DNA of 64,000 bases, from contig JBAZYF010000001.1 in NCBI GenBank assembly GCA_041659505.1, positions 253,274-317,273 on the forward strand, given 5' to 3'. The position numbers and the translations under genes were made by a program. This DNA is from Parcubacteria group bacterium (GTDB taxonomy: Bacteria > Patescibacteriota > Minisyncoccia > Moranbacterales > UBA2206). This document shows, piece by piece, positions 46,935 through 58,163 of this stretch (positions are counted from its first letter, which is position 1; every line of letters starts with the position of its first letter). The notes beneath the pieces are model-generated. The model was not told the DNA's origin. It searched no databases and was given only the letters and a program-made list of their open reading frames with translations.

Positions 46935-48233
46935 ATGCGAGTATTGTTTGTTTCGGGCGAACTCATTGCGGCAGATTTGTGTCTAAGATTGCAACAAGAA
47001 GGTTGCGAGGTAAAACTATACATAGAGGATGAGGGAAGGCGTGACTGCCTAGACGGAATGATTGAAAAAGTTACTGACTGGGAAAAAGAACTAGACTGGG
47101 TAGGAAAGAATGGGCTTATTGTTTTTGATGATATTGGTTATGGTAAAATTCAGGATGATCTAAGAAGTGAGGGTTACAACGTCGTTGGCGGAAGCCTAGG
47201 CGGAGACAAACTTGAAAAGGAACGCGAATTTGGACAAGTTGTTTTTTCTACCTACGGCCTAAACGCCCTAAAAACAATTAATTTCACTAAAATTAGCGAA
47301 GCTGTTAATTTTATCAAGAAAAATCCCTGCGCCTGGGTAATAAAACAGAACGGACATATTAGCGCCCTCAATTATGTTGGCCAGTGGAGCGATGGAAGCG
47401 ATGCAATCTCTATTTTGGAAAGTTACAGAAGACTAAATGGAAATTTGGGTACAATAAGCTTGCAAAAAAGAGTAGACGGAGTAGAGATCGGCGTTGGGCG
47501 ATACTTCAATGGGAAAGAATGGATTGGTCCGATTGAACTCAATATTGAGCATAAGCATTTATGCAATGGAAGCATTGGTCCAATGACTGGAGAGATGGGA
47601 ACGGTAATGTGGTATACTGAAAATGAAAAAAATAGACTATTTCAAGGAACACTTGCAAAATTAAAACCCTTCCTTGAGAAAGTTAATTTCAAGGGGGATA
47701 TTGACATTAATTGCATCGTTGATAAAAAACACATTTACCCACTTGAGGCGACTGCTAGATTTGGTTGCCCAGCTATCCAACTCCAAACAGAAATACACAA
47801 ATCTCCCTGGAAAGACTTTTTGTTGGCCGTAGCTAAAGGAGAAAAATATGACCTAAAGTATAAAAAAGGTTTTGGCGTAGTCGTATCCATTGCCATCCCC
47901 CCATTTCCCTACAAGTCCATTTCCACGGATTATCACGACAAGGGAGTGAAAATATTCTTCAAAGAAAAACTTTCCAAGAAAGAACTTGCCAGTCTTCACT
48001 TTGAAGAGGTATCCTTGAAAAAAACAAATTGCACGGAGGATTTGTGCGTTGCTGGAAGCAATGGTTTTATTATGTATGTTTCTGGATTCGGAAAAAACGC
48101 AAAAAGCGCTCGTCACCAGGCATATGAGCTAGTAAAAAAAATTAACATACCTAAAATGTTTTATCGAGATGACATAGGAGAAAGATTTGTAAAAAAAGAT
48201 ATGAAAACATTGAGGGAATGGAACTGGATATGA
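46935..48233 (+). CDS. PurD-like ATP-grasp protein (phosphoribosylamine--glycine ligase family, divergent)
   Basis: Blocks alignable to PurD (WVIKQNG.., GPMTGEMG, INCIVDKKHIYPLEATARFG), but the N-terminal GGREHAL motif is absent. Confidence 0.5.
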   Translation: MRVLFVSGELIAADLCLRLQQEGCEVKLYIEDEGRRDCLDGMIEKVTDWEKELDWVGKNGLIVFDDIGYGKIQDDLRSEGYNVVGGSLGGDKLEKEREFGQVVFSTYGLNALKTINFTKISEAVNFIKKNPCAWVIKQNGHISALNYVGQWSDGSDAISILESYRRLNGNLGTISLQKRVDGVEIGVGRYFNGKEWIGPIELNIEHKHLCNGSIGPMTGEMGTVMWYTENEKNRLFQGTLAKLKPFLEKVNFKGDIDINCIVDKKHIYPLEATARFGCPAIQLQTEIHKSPWKDFLLAVAKGEKYDLKYKKGFGVVVSIAIPPFPYKSISTDYHDKGVKIFFKEKLSKKELASLHFEEVSLKKTNCTEDLCVAGSNGFIMYVSGFGKNAKSARHQAYELVKKINIPKMFYRDDIGERFVKKDMKTLREWNWI

Positions 48234-48379
48234 TATGGAAAAACGCCATCTGGCGTTTTTTCCTTTTTTGACAATCAAAACACCCTTCACTATTAAAGCC
48301 AATATGCTATAATTAAGAAAGCATTATTTACATTGAAAGATCGTTTTGTCAATATCTTACCCTATAATTATTTAATTGC

Positions 48380-48958
48380 TTGCAAACAAAAATGGAAAAG
48401 TCTTCTTTTGGAAAAGAAAATGCCAATCTTGAACAAAACGTAGAGATCGTCAATGAATTTAGTGAAGACTCTCTGGCTGCAATATTAGATTTGGAAAAAA
48501 AATGCTTCCCTGCTGACTGGCAATATGAAGATGCTGATGACTATTACAGAAAGATGCTAAACGACAAGGAAAATATAAATATTTTTTTAAAACAGAACGC
48601 TGCAATCGTTGGCTATGCATTAGCTAAGCCACTCAATAATGCCTTAAGTGATTTAATGAAATATGACCCAGAGATACAAAGTATTGATAATAATTTGTAC
48701 ATAGAAACGATTCAGGTATTAGATCAATTTAGAGGGAAAGGTGGAGCCAAAAAGATTTTATTAGAAATTTGTAATGAAGCTCTAAAACGGGGAATTGTAG
48801 ATTTTTCAATTCACGCAAGAAAAAGTAATGGACTAAATTTAAAGCTCAGGAAAATATTTGATGGAATGATCACTAAGCACAGACAGATAGAGTCATGGGA
48901 ACCCGGAGGAGGAGAGCCCTATGAATACATGGAATGGAGCTATAAAAAAAATAATTAG
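48380..48958 (+). CDS. GNAT-family N-acetyltransferase
   Basis: Motif A region IQVLDQFRGKGGAKKIL. Confidence 0.6.
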   Translation: MQTKMEKSSFGKENANLEQNVEIVNEFSEDSLAAILDLEKKCFPADWQYEDADDYYRKMLNDKENINIFLKQNAAIVGYALAKPLNNALSDLMKYDPEIQSIDNNLYIETIQVLDQFRGKGGAKKILLEICNEALKRGIVDFSIHARKSNGLNLKLRKIFDGMITKHRQIESWEPGGGEPYEYMEWSYKKNN

Positions 48959-48974
48959 ATTAAAACAAAAAAAT

Positions 48975-50801
48975 ATGTTGTGCCCGGAATATGCTAACCC
49001 GCAGTATTTTATTTTTTCAAATCAGGTCCCCCCTCTTCTTTATTATTCCCACTTGCCGGCCATAATCACATCCCTACTTATTGGATTTTTTGTTTTTTTA
49101 AAAAATCCAAAATTGCTCCTAAGCAAGCTGCTACTTGGCTTATCGATATCATTTTCATTATGGGCAATAGCAAGTCTCATTACTTGGACAAATAATAGCA
49201 GCGACATCATAATTTTTGTATGGTCACTATTTGGAATTTTTTCATCATTAATATATTTTTTCAGCCTTTATTTTGTCTACGTATTTATCAACCAAAAAGA
49301 TATAACATTAAGAGGAAAAATATTATTAGGACTAACAATTCTTCCCGTAATCATTTTCACTCCAACCAAACACAATCTGAATGAATTCAATTTAGGAGTT
49401 TGTGGCATCTTCACTGAGGGTAAGTATTTTACAAATTATTTCTACACACTTGGCCTTGTAGTTTTCTTATGGATACTGTTTCTATTGAGTACTAGATACA
49501 GAAAATCTGATCGTGAAACTAAAAAAAAGATTATTTATTTAGCGCTTGGCATAGAATTCTTTCTATTCTCTTTTTTTGTCTCTTCTTTTTTGGCAAGCTT
49601 CCTCGTTTGGATGGGCAAAAGCAATGATTTTTCGATAAATCTATACGGTCTTTTTGGAATGCCTATCTTTACAGGTTTTCTCGCCTATCTTATTGTCAAA
49701 TTCAAAGCATTTGAAATTAAACTCTTTAGCGCACAAGCTTTGGTTGTAGCATTAATTGTCATCATCGGATCACAATTTGCCTTTATTCATAGCAGCATTA
49801 ATAAAATTTTAACCGCCATAACGCTAACATTAGCCATCGGCTTCGGATGGTTTTTGATCCGCTCGGTCAAAAAAGAAATTGAACATCGGGAAGAATTGGA
49901 AATTGCCAATAATGAAATTGAAAAAAGCAGTTTTGAGATTGAAAGCCGTAACAAAAAACTCAAAAAAGCCAACAAGGAAATCAGTGAGCGGAAAAATCAG
50001 TTGCAAAAAATTTCCGACTCTTTGGCGATTGCTAATGATAAGCTGAAAAAACTGGACACAGCAAAAACGGATTTCATTTCAATGGCCTCCCATCAATTGC
50101 GCACCCCCCCAACTCCGATCAAAGGCTATTCCTCGATGCTTTTGGAAGGCTCTTATGGACCGCTCAACGCAGAACAGAAAAGAGCAGTGGAAAATATTTC
50201 CAATGCCAACAACCAGCAAATCACCTTCGTAGAAGATCTTTTGAGTGTTTCACGCATTGAATCAGGCAGTTTGAAGTTCGAGTTTAAGAAGACCCAACTG
50301 GATGAGTTATGCAAAGAAGTAGTTAATAATTTGGTTCTCAAAGCCAAAGACAAAGGGCTTTATCTGGACTACAAGACTCCCGAGCCCCTGCTCCCAGAAC
50401 TGAATGTCGATGGAGCAAAAATCCGGGAAGTACTTTCCAATCTAGTGGATAATGCCGTGAAATATACCCAGCGAGGCGGAGTAACTATCAGCACGGAACT
50501 GTGTAAAAAGAAAGAAAAGAATTGCCTGACGAAACCCCACCTGCGTATTACCGTTTCCGACACCGGCATCGGTGTACCAGCTGAAGAAATCCCCTACTTG
50601 TTCCAGAAATTTTCCCGTGGCAAAGATATTACCCGACTCAATACCAGTGGAACGGGACTCGGGCTTTATGTCGTTAGAATGATCACCGAAGCGAACGGTG
50701 GCAAATCCTGGATTGAATCCCCCGGCGCCGGCCGCGGATCAAAATTCATCGTAGAACTGCCGCTGGAACAATTGACAGAGACGATCGAACGGAATGGGTA
50801 G
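48975..50801 (+). CDS. Sensor histidine kinase with a multi-TM N-terminal sensor
   Basis: H box MASHQLRTPPTPIKGY, N box DNAVKYT, G boxes DTGIGV and GTGLGLYVV; a coiled-coil linker. Confidence 0.85.
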   Translation: MLCPEYANPQYFIFSNQVPPLLYYSHLPAIITSLLIGFFVFLKNPKLLLSKLLLGLSISFSLWAIASLITWTNNSSDIIIFVWSLFGIFSSLIYFFSLYFVYVFINQKDITLRGKILLGLTILPVIIFTPTKHNLNEFNLGVCGIFTEGKYFTNYFYTLGLVVFLWILFLLSTRYRKSDRETKKKIIYLALGIEFFLFSFFVSSFLASFLVWMGKSNDFSINLYGLFGMPIFTGFLAYLIVKFKAFEIKLFSAQALVVALIVIIGSQFAFIHSSINKILTAITLTLAIGFGWFLIRSVKKEIEHREELEIANNEIEKSSFEIESRNKKLKKANKEISERKNQLQKISDSLAIANDKLKKLDTAKTDFISMASHQLRTPPTPIKGYSSMLLEGSYGPLNAEQKRAVENISNANNQQITFVEDLLSVSRIESGSLKFEFKKTQLDELCKEVVNNLVLKAKDKGLYLDYKTPEPLLPELNVDGAKIREVLSNLVDNAVKYTQRGGVTISTELCKKKEKNCLTKPHLRITVSDTGIGVPAEEIPYLFQKFSRGKDITRLNTSGTGLGLYVVRMITEANGGKSWIESPGAGRGSKFIVELPLEQLTETIERNG

Positions 50802-50943
50802 TATCAGATTGTGTTAAATTGAGATAATCTCACAAATAAAAACCAACTAGGAAATAGTTGGTTTTTTAATTCTTTAAAATCTGAGCCCTTTACTTTTCTC
50901 CAAAAACCAGCATACTGAAAAAGTTAACTATTTTTACAATTAA

Positions 50944-51528
50944 ATGCCAAAATATCTAACCCAAAAAGATATCTTTGCTAATCAAGACTTTTATGCCTCC
51001 GAAATCCAGAAGGGCCGGCTTTTTATCTACCCTACTGACACCTTGCACGGACTGGGCGCCGATGCGAAAAATACTGGAAGTATTGAAAAAATTGTTGCTC
51101 TTAAAAAAAGAACCGGCCAGGCTTTTTTGGTCATCGCCCCGTCTCTCGAATGGATCTTTTTCAATTGCGAAATTTCCAATGCTACTATCAAAAAATTACT
51201 CACTGAAAAATTACCCGGGCCATTTTCTTTTATCCTAAGACTAAAAAACACCCAAGCTGTCGCTCCCCTGGCGCTAAATTTCGGAGAAACTATCGGTGTG
51301 CGGTTGCCTAAGAATTGGTTTTGGGAAATAATCGCAAAAAGTGGTGCGCCCTTCATTTCCACTTCCATAAACTACAGCGCAACACTTTCGGCCAAAAGCC
51401 TCGAAGATATCCCAACAGAGATTCTGAACTCTGTAGATTATATTATTTGGGACGACGCAGCGCCCACCGGAAAAGCCAGCACTATAATTGATGTGACTTC
51501 CGGAGTACCAAAAATATTGAGGAAATAA
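50944..51528 (+). CDS. tsaC: L-threonylcarbamoyladenylate synthase (YrdC/TsaC family)
   Basis: YPTDTLHGLGADAKN ... AFLVIAPSLEW: the YrdC fold signature. Confidence 0.75.
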   Translation: MPKYLTQKDIFANQDFYASEIQKGRLFIYPTDTLHGLGADAKNTGSIEKIVALKKRTGQAFLVIAPSLEWIFFNCEISNATIKKLLTEKLPGPFSFILRLKNTQAVAPLALNFGETIGVRLPKNWFWEIIAKSGAPFISTSINYSATLSAKSLEDIPTEILNSVDYIIWDDAAPTGKASTIIDVTSGVPKILRK

Positions 51529-51696
51529 AATTGTTATAATAAGCATCTTCCCTTGTGCCATCCCCATCTTCGCAGAGATGAAAAATCTTTGACAAAAAGC
51601 TTTTTTAGGGGTAGAATAAGGTTTATGTTTAATTAGGTTAAATAAGCAACATTTGTACACTTGTAAATTTGTACGAGATTTGTAGTTTGTAGTGTT

Positions 51697-53484
51697 ATGG
51701 AAATTAGAAACATTGCGATTATCGCCCATGTGGACCATGGTAAAACAACCTTGACTGACGCCATTATGCGCCAAACCGGAAACGCCCCTGAAGGCGACAC
51801 GATGGACAGCAATGCCCTGGAAAAAGAGCGCGGAATCACGATTTATTCCAAAAATGCCGCTATCATCTACAAAGACACGAAAATTAATATCGTGGACACT
51901 CCAGGTCACGCCGATTTCGGCAGTGAAGTAGAACGAGTTTTGCGTTCGATCGATAGCGTCGTTTTAGTTGTAGATGCTCAGGAAGGTCCGATGCCCCAGA
52001 CCAGATTTGTTTTGAAAAAATCCCTCGAACTGGGACTGAAACCAATTGTTGTGATCAATAAAATTGACAAGCCGGCTGCTGATCCGGATATGGTCCAAGA
52101 ACAAGTTTTTGAACTGTTTTTGGATCTGGGCGCGAACGACGAACAATTGGAATTTACAACTGTCTATGCGATTGCCCGCCAAGGGATCGCCAAGATGCAC
52201 TTGGAAGATGAGTCAACTGATCTCTCTCCACTCCTCGACACGATCCTCGCGCGCATTCCTGCAACACCCCTAGAGAACAGTGACAAGCCACTGCGCATGC
52301 AATTTTTTAATCTCGGCTATGACAATTTTTTGGGACGCCTCGGCATCGGCCGGATCTATGAAGGAAAAATCCGGGCTAATGACACGGTGACGGTGAAAAA
52401 AAGCGACGGAACGGTTGAAGCAGGGAAAATTGTGAAATTGTTCTCCTTTCTCGGCACAGAAAGAAAAGACGTCCCCGAAGCGATTGCCGGAGATATCGTG
52501 ATGATTGCCGGAATTCCCAAGATCGACATCGGTGAAACTGTCTGCGCTACACCAGAACAAGAAGCTCTGCCTTACATCAGTATCGATGAGCCAACGATTT
52601 CTCTTAGTTTTCTGGTCAACGACTCCCCATTTGCCGGCAAAGAAGGCAAGCTCGTCACCAACAAACAGATCAAGGAACGCTTGATGAAAGAATTGGAAAT
52701 CAATGTCGGACTCAAAATTGATTTTTCAACCGCGGAATATTATACGGTTCTTGGTCGCGGCGAACTGCACATCGCCATCCTTTTGGAAAATATGCGCCGG
52801 GAAGGATTTGAATTACAAGTTTCCAAGCCACGCGTAATCATCAAAGACATTGACGGAGTGAAATCCGAACCTTTCGAGGAACTGACAGTGGACGTACCGG
52901 AAAAATCTTCCGGCGTGGTAATTGAAAAAATCGGAAAAAGAAAGGGCGTGATGATGAACATGAAGCAGACCGGAACGCAGATGCGGATGATTTTTGAGGT
53001 GCCGACCCGCGGAATCCTCGGATATCGCGGAGAATTTATGATCGACACGCGCGGCGAAGGCATCCTGTGCAGTCGAGTGATCGGTTTTCGCCCTTATGCC
53101 GGTGAGATCAAAAAGACTGATACTGGTTCAATGATTTCCATGGCCACCGGAAAGGCGCTCGGCTTTTCTTTGGCTAATCTCCAGACGCGCGGTACGCTTT
53201 TCATCGAACCATCGACGGAAGTCTATGAAGGTATGGTCATCGGAAACACTTCAAAAGGTCAAGATATGACTGTGAACCCAACCAAAGGCAAAGCGATGAG
53301 CAATATGCGTTCCTCCGGAGCCGACGAAGCCATCCAGCTCTCTCCTCCGATTAAAATCACCCTCGAACGCGGTTTGGAAATTATGGCTGATGATGAATAT
53401 CTGGAAGTTACTCCTCTTTCCGTGCGTCTGCGCAAACAATACTTGAACGAAACAGAACGGATCAGGCATTCACGAAAAGCGTAA
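51697..53484 (+). CDS. typA: Translational GTPase TypA/BipA
   Basis: [30 protein letters not shown] and an EF-G-like domain order. Confidence 0.9.
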   Translation: MEIRNIAIIAHVDHGKTTLTDAIMRQTGNAPEGDTMDSNALEKERGITIYSKNAAIIYKDTKINIVDTPGHADFGSEVERVLRSIDSVVLVVDAQEGPMPQTRFVLKKSLELGLKPIVVINKIDKPAADPDMVQEQVFELFLDLGANDEQLEFTTVYAIARQGIAKMHLEDESTDLSPLLDTILARIPATPLENSDKPLRMQFFNLGYDNFLGRLGIGRIYEGKIRANDTVTVKKSDGTVEAGKIVKLFSFLGTERKDVPEAIAGDIVMIAGIPKIDIGETVCATPEQEALPYISIDEPTISLSFLVNDSPFAGKEGKLVTNKQIKERLMKELEINVGLKIDFSTAEYYTVLGRGELHIAILLENMRREGFELQVSKPRVIIKDIDGVKSEPFEELTVDVPEKSSGVVIEKIGKRKGVMMNMKQTGTQMRMIFEVPTRGILGYRGEFMIDTRGEGILCSRVIGFRPYAGEIKKTDTGSMISMATGKALGFSLANLQTRGTLFIEPSTEVYEGMVIGNTSKGQDMTVNPTKGKAMSNMRSSGADEAIQLSPPIKITLERGLEIMADDEYLEVTPLSVRLRKQYLNETERIRHSRKA

Positions 53485-53559
53485 TTTTATACCTAAAACT
53501 TTTGCAACAAAAAACTTTCCGGGAATGGAAAGTTTTTTGTTACAAAGAAAGATTGTTAC

Positions 53560-54660
53560 TTAATCAATCTGCTTCAAAGCTAAAAGTAATTTTTTGTTTT
53601 TCTGTTCGTCTTGGATAGTGATACGCACATAGCCCTTACCCTCCAATCCAAAGCTTTCCCTGAAATCAGCCGTCAGAATAAATTTATTTTTCAATTCATT
53701 ATAAAGATCTTTCTTCTTATGCTTCAAGATAAATACATTCGTCTCAGAAGTTCCCCCAATTTTATAGTTTTTCAGCTTTTTTATTTCTAAGAACAATTTT
53801 TCTCTGATTGCTCTGGTCTTATTCGCAACTTGAGTAATATAGTTTTTGTCTCCGATGGCAATCTTAGCCACCTCTTCTGACAGGGCATTTATATTAAAAA
53901 CCGGCTTGATATGATTTATCTCTTCGATCAAACTTTTGTCCGCCACGACAAAACCCAATCTTATCCCGGCCAAGCTATATGATTTTGACAAGCTTCGGAC
54001 GACGATCAGATTTTTATATTTCTTCACAAGATTGACGGCTGATTTTTTTCCAGTCGGATCAAAAAAATCAAAGAAAACTTCATCCACAACCAAGATTGTT
54101 TTTTGATCGATGTTATCCAGGATATACCTAACTTGTTTTTGCGTCATCATGTTTCCCGTTGGATTATTCGGATTGCAGATCCAGGCCGTCCGCGCTTTTC
54201 TCAAATTTATTTCAGCAATGAAATTGTCCAGAAAAGTTCCGTCATACTTAAAATCGTTCTTTTCATCCAGCCCCACTAAGTGCACATTGATTTTAAACAT
54301 GATATTGGCTTCAACGATCCGATAGAAAGTTGGCACAGCACAAACACAATCACTGTCTGGTTCGCCAAAGACACGCGGAATTATGCCGATGGCCTCGTCT
54401 GCTCCGACCGACAGGAGTATATTTTCCAATTTCACACTGAGCCGGTCAGCAATCACTTGTCTCAACTCCCCATATGTCGGATCGAGGTAAGCGCTCAATT
54501 TCTTCAAATCGAACTTGCCTAAAACCGGCCTGATTTTTTTGCAAGGTGCAATGAAGCTTTCGCCCATATTAAACAGCTCGTATTTGGAAATATTTTTGAT
54601 GTCATCATGCACATAGCCAGCCACTTTTTGACTGAGTAAATTTTCAATGTAGGAATTCAT
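53560..54660 (-). CDS. Class I/II PLP-dependent aminotransferase (HisC/CobD-like)
   Basis: RSLSKSYSLAGIRLGF (PLP Lys) and NPNNPTG. Confidence 0.75.
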   Translation of the reverse strand: MNSYIENLLSQKVAGYVHDDIKNISKYELFNMGESFIAPCKKIRPVLGKFDLKKLSAYLDPTYGELRQVIADRLSVKLENILLSVGADEAIGIIPRVFGEPDSDCVCAVPTFYRIVEANIMFKINVHLVGLDEKNDFKYDGTFLDNFIAEINLRKARTAWICNPNNPTGNMMTQKQVRYILDNIDQKTILVVDEVFFDFFDPTGKKSAVNLVKKYKNLIVVRSLSKSYSLAGIRLGFVVADKSLIEEINHIKPVFNINALSEEVAKIAIGDKNYITQVANKTRAIREKLFLEIKKLKNYKIGGTSETNVFILKHKKKDLYNELKNKFILTADFRESFGLEGKGYVRITIQDEQKNKKLLLALKQID

Positions 54661-54744
54661 AGTTTTTTAGTTGATTAAATATTTAAATTTATTGATTAAT
54701 AAATCTGGATGGGAAATTGCTCGCGAGCAATTTCCCACCTTTTG

Positions 54745-55578
54745 TCATGAAAAAACTTGTCGATATTGGTCACCAATCAGCTGATCCAACTGTTGCATGC
54801 ACTCGATAAAGGTCTCGATCGGAGGACTGCCATTGAGATGAAATCCCATAGCAGAAAAAATATCAAAAGCCGGTTTCAGAGTGTTTCTTTTTATCTTCGC
54901 CGTTTTGACTGTTCCACCTTTTCCTCTTACGAGAAATTTTGCTGAAAGACTGTCCGCGTCTTCCACAAGCAACACTCGACAATCCGCCGTAGTACGCTTT
55001 ACCAAATAGGGCGGTCCAGGCACATAATTGGGAATCATCCCGGGAAATTTTCCCAGTACAAATCCGATGTCATTACGCTGCGGAAAAAATTTCTTGAAAT
55101 GATAGGAAAAATAATGTTCATCCTTGGCCAAGAAATTTGTTTTGTAATATGGATAGACCCAGCCAATCTGGAATCCCCCATCCGGCAAAAGCCGATTAGT
55201 GATATTGCTCTGGACTTCTTCATAGCTCCAACCCAAATTTTCATCGGCAAACAGATCGGAATATTTCACAATCCGCCAATCTTTCATGCCAAGAGAATCA
55301 AGGAAGAAGGTAACAAACTTTTCTTCTTCGGAAACATCAATGATGTCCTGACCAAACGGCTTGTTCATGAGAAATAGCGTAGCACTTCTGGCTGATAACT
55401 GCTGCCGGGTTTCTTCGGCCATCTTCAGCATAAACAGAAAATCCAACCCCAATCCGCAACACTTACTGCAATCGCTACCGAAAAATCCCATCCCCATATA
55501 GATATCAGGATTTTCCAATGTACATTCCGGCACAACCACTTTTTCCACAAAAGGCACGTTCTTCAAATTCTCGAGCAT
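54745..55578 (-). CDS. Hypothetical protein (277 aa), paralog A of a duplicated pair
   Basis: Shares blocks with 56895..57860 (ADSLSAKFLVRGKG vs ATYLSAKAWG; KYSDLFADENLGW...GWVYPYY vs YGCDLSEANDP..ADWYYFFY); no known motif. Confidence 0.5.
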   Translation of the reverse strand: MLENLKNVPFVEKVVVPECTLENPDIYMGMGFFGSDCSKCCGLGLDFLFMLKMAEETRQQLSARSATLFLMNKPFGQDIIDVSEEEKFVTFFLDSLGMKDWRIVKYSDLFADENLGWSYEEVQSNITNRLLPDGGFQIGWVYPYYKTNFLAKDEHYFSYHFKKFFPQRNDIGFVLGKFPGMIPNYVPGPPYLVKRTTADCRVLLVEDADSLSAKFLVRGKGGTVKTAKIKRNTLKPAFDIFSAMGFHLNGSPPIETFIECMQQLDQLIGDQYRQVFS

Positions 55579-55643
55579 ATTTCCCCCTCTTTCGTATGTT
55601 GGTCATCGATTATCGACAAATTATATTCATTTTTCCAAGGAAC

Positions 55644-55670
55644 AAAAAAACCGGTCTCGCGTGAGATCGG
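55644..55670 (-). terminator. Terminator of the M28 peptidase gene, part of a duplicated terminator-promoter module
   Basis: ccggtctcgcgtgagatcgg with a T run on the minus strand. Confidence 0.5.
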
Positions 55671-55857
55671 CTTTGACTTGACTGAAATAGATGGAACTTT
55701 TTATGCGTTATCTATTTTAAGCAAACCAAAACCGATCTGGCTAAACCAGAAGCTAAAGAAATAGAAACTATATAAATTTTGGTTGGTTTGATTGCTCATT
55801 GTTTTTTACTAAATCAGTTTAGCACTTTTAGAAATCTTGTCAACCCAAGGTGATGAG

Positions 55858-56838
55858 TCATACAGCCTTCTTCGCCAAAAGAGCAAAAGCTTCGTCTAAA
55901 TAGTTCATACCCATGCCTCTTCCATCATCTAAGTCACTATGATAAACACTCATAAGTTTATCCAGACTTGCTGTAACAATCTCGGTTTTTTTAGTTATTT
56001 TATGCAAGTTTTTTACCGGAAAAGCCAATATTACTATGCTTGGATCAGTGATCACAATTGTTGGGTCATTTCCCACGCAATCGATCACAATAATTTTTTT
56101 GGCGCCATCAATAAGTTTTTGGTATTTCAGTTCAAAAGCACGGAAACCACTCCCCCAATAAATCGGTTTATCATAGGATAATTCCTCGGCTCCAGAGAAA
56201 ACAAACAAATTGTTTTTCAATATCTCCGGTTTTTCCAAAACAACCCTCATCATAACTGCAACTCCTGAAGCATTATCAATTGCACCTTTTTTAATACTAT
56301 CATAATGAGCGAAAAAGATGGCTTTAGGATTTTTTGCATTTCCCACTAGTATATTAGCTGATTGATGAGAAACTTTTTCAACCTGAACATTGCCAACGAT
56401 TTTTTTCGCCTTAACTATTTTTGAGATATCTTTATAACTAACACAAATTGCTGGAGCGAAATAATAATTTTTTAGAGATATCCCCTCGCATCTAGGATTG
56501 AAACTAATACTAGAAATTTCCTGGCAAATTGAAGATGAAAGCAGTGAACTAATCACGACGTCATTGTTCTTAATTTCCCCACTCAAAAAAGAACAGCCTT
56601 CACATTTGACTCTTTTACCATCCGCCAATAGAGAAACATTTTGCGTTAAAGGAATCGCTACTTTGAATTTTTGCAACAAAAATAAGATGGAATTTTCTTT
56701 TAACACGGAAATTAGAAAATCGCACGCCTTTGATTCTCCTTCCAATTGCCTTGGAGCAAAAGAAACTAATTTGGAAATAAACTTTTGATAATTGAATTTT
56801 TTAGTATTCATAAAAATATATAGAAAATTTAACTGCAA
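55858..56838 (-). CDS. M28-family metallopeptidase
   Basis: FFAHYDS and DNASGVA (His/Asp zinc ligands of M28). Confidence 0.7.
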   Translation of the reverse strand: MQLNFLYIFMNTKKFNYQKFISKLVSFAPRQLEGESKACDFLISVLKENSILFLLQKFKVAIPLTQNVSLLADGKRVKCEGCSFLSGEIKNNDVVISSLLSSSICQEISSISFNPRCEGISLKNYYFAPAICVSYKDISKIVKAKKIVGNVQVEKVSHQSANILVGNAKNPKAIFFAHYDSIKKGAIDNASGVAVMMRVVLEKPEILKNNLFVFSGAEELSYDKPIYWGSGFRAFELKYQKLIDGAKKIIVIDCVGNDPTIVITDPSIVILAFPVKNLHKITKKTEIVTASLDKLMSVYHSDLDDGRGMGMNYLDEAFALLAKKAV

Positions 56839-56894
56839 TTAAGGGAAGGAGGGTTGCACTAATACAATCTTAGCACAACCCCCTTTTGAAGCAA

Positions 56895-57860
56895 TCACGA
56901 GTGAGCAATCAGCTCTTTTTCGTAATGCTTCATTAGATCAAAGAAGCAACCGTCAATAGTGGTTTGGGACGGCGTAGGAAGGGATCGCAAAAAGCCATTT
57001 CCGCCCAAGGCCTTCCGAGGAATCTCGTTCAACTTTGAGCAAAATCCGTCAGCCTCCACTTTGAGCGGAGTATCGAGAATAAGTGGTAAAAAGCCACAGA
57101 TATTCTTGATTTTTTGGTTGCTCTCCCGAAACCACGCAATGACTTCCGGGTCCTCATCAACAGTCGAAGCAAGACCACGACTGCCACTGACGAAAAGAAG
57201 TAAATAAAAAAAGTAATACCAGTCTGCCGGCGGACGCGGATCGTTCGCCTCAGATAAGTCACAGCCATAAAAAATTTTCTCTCGTCTACCTTGACGCACA
57301 AAAACACAGCGGGGTAAATTTTTTGAAGAACTCATAAGTAATTCTTGGAAAAAACCAGCGAGCTCAAGCTTTTGAGGAGGATTATGAATGGCTTTTTCCA
57401 TTAGCTCCCAATGAACCTCCGGAAGTTTCCTGCCACACTTTGTTCTCAAATCGGCAAGGATAATATTTTGCAGGACACTATCTTGGACCAAACGTTCATG
57501 CTGAACCGAAATCCCCTTTCTTCCATGAAACATTCTCGGTGAATTAACCAGAGATTTTTTGTACTGGTTTTCTGCCGCCTGCTGCGGGAAAGAGTCACGG
57601 GTCAATGACATATAGACCGGCTCTAGTCCCCAAGCCTTAGCCGATAAATACGTCGCCAAATGCTCGACATTTGGTGTTGGTACTTGACGCACCAAGCAAA
57701 CCTGAAACCCGCCCATTTGTTCAGGTAAATGTTTGTCTGCAATTGCAAAAAAATCTTTGATCCCAAACTCTTCCGCGCAATATGCGTTAACAGAGCTTCG
57801 AATCTGATCCCGACGATTCGTCCTTGCCGCAACTTCTTTTTCGATCTGCTTTCGTTTCAT
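56895..57860 (-). CDS. Hypothetical protein (321 aa), paralog B; GC-rich relative to the surroundings
   Basis: See paralog A. The upstream region 57940..57990 is homologous to 55630..55680. Confidence 0.5.
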   Translation of the reverse strand: MKRKQIEKEVAARTNRRDQIRSSVNAYCAEEFGIKDFFAIADKHLPEQMGGFQVCLVRQVPTPNVEHLATYLSAKAWGLEPVYMSLTRDSFPQQAAENQYKKSLVNSPRMFHGRKGISVQHERLVQDSVLQNIILADLRTKCGRKLPEVHWELMEKAIHNPPQKLELAGFFQELLMSSSKNLPRCVFVRQGRREKIFYGCDLSEANDPRPPADWYYFFYLLLFVSGSRGLASTVDEDPEVIAWFRESNQKIKNICGFLPLILDTPLKVEADGFCSKLNEIPRKALGGNGFLRSLPTPSQTTIDGCFFDLMKHYEKELIAHS

Positions 57861-57959
57861 CTGAATAATCCCCCTATTCCCATAGTTGCTAGTTGACTTG
57901 AATCAAATAACTCAAGCTGTTATTATATTTTTTATTTCTTCATATTCTTTCAAGGAACT

Positions 57960-57985
57960 AAAAAACCGGCTCTTGCGAGACCGGT
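57960..57985 (-). terminator. Terminator of cimA, part of a duplicated terminator-promoter module
   Basis: ccggctcttgcgagaccgg preceded by an A run on the plus strand. Confidence 0.45.
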
Positions 57986-58163
57986 CTTGGTTTAGTGAAA
58001 ATGTTTTTTTTCTTACCCCCTACACATTTCCCTTAAACCAAAACCAGCCTTGACAATAATCAAGACGCAAATCAACATCAAAGTGATATTCTTTTCAATT
58101 GTTTTGGTTATATCTCTAAACATAGTAATAACTTAGCAAATAGCCGGTTTTTTGTCAAATTTT

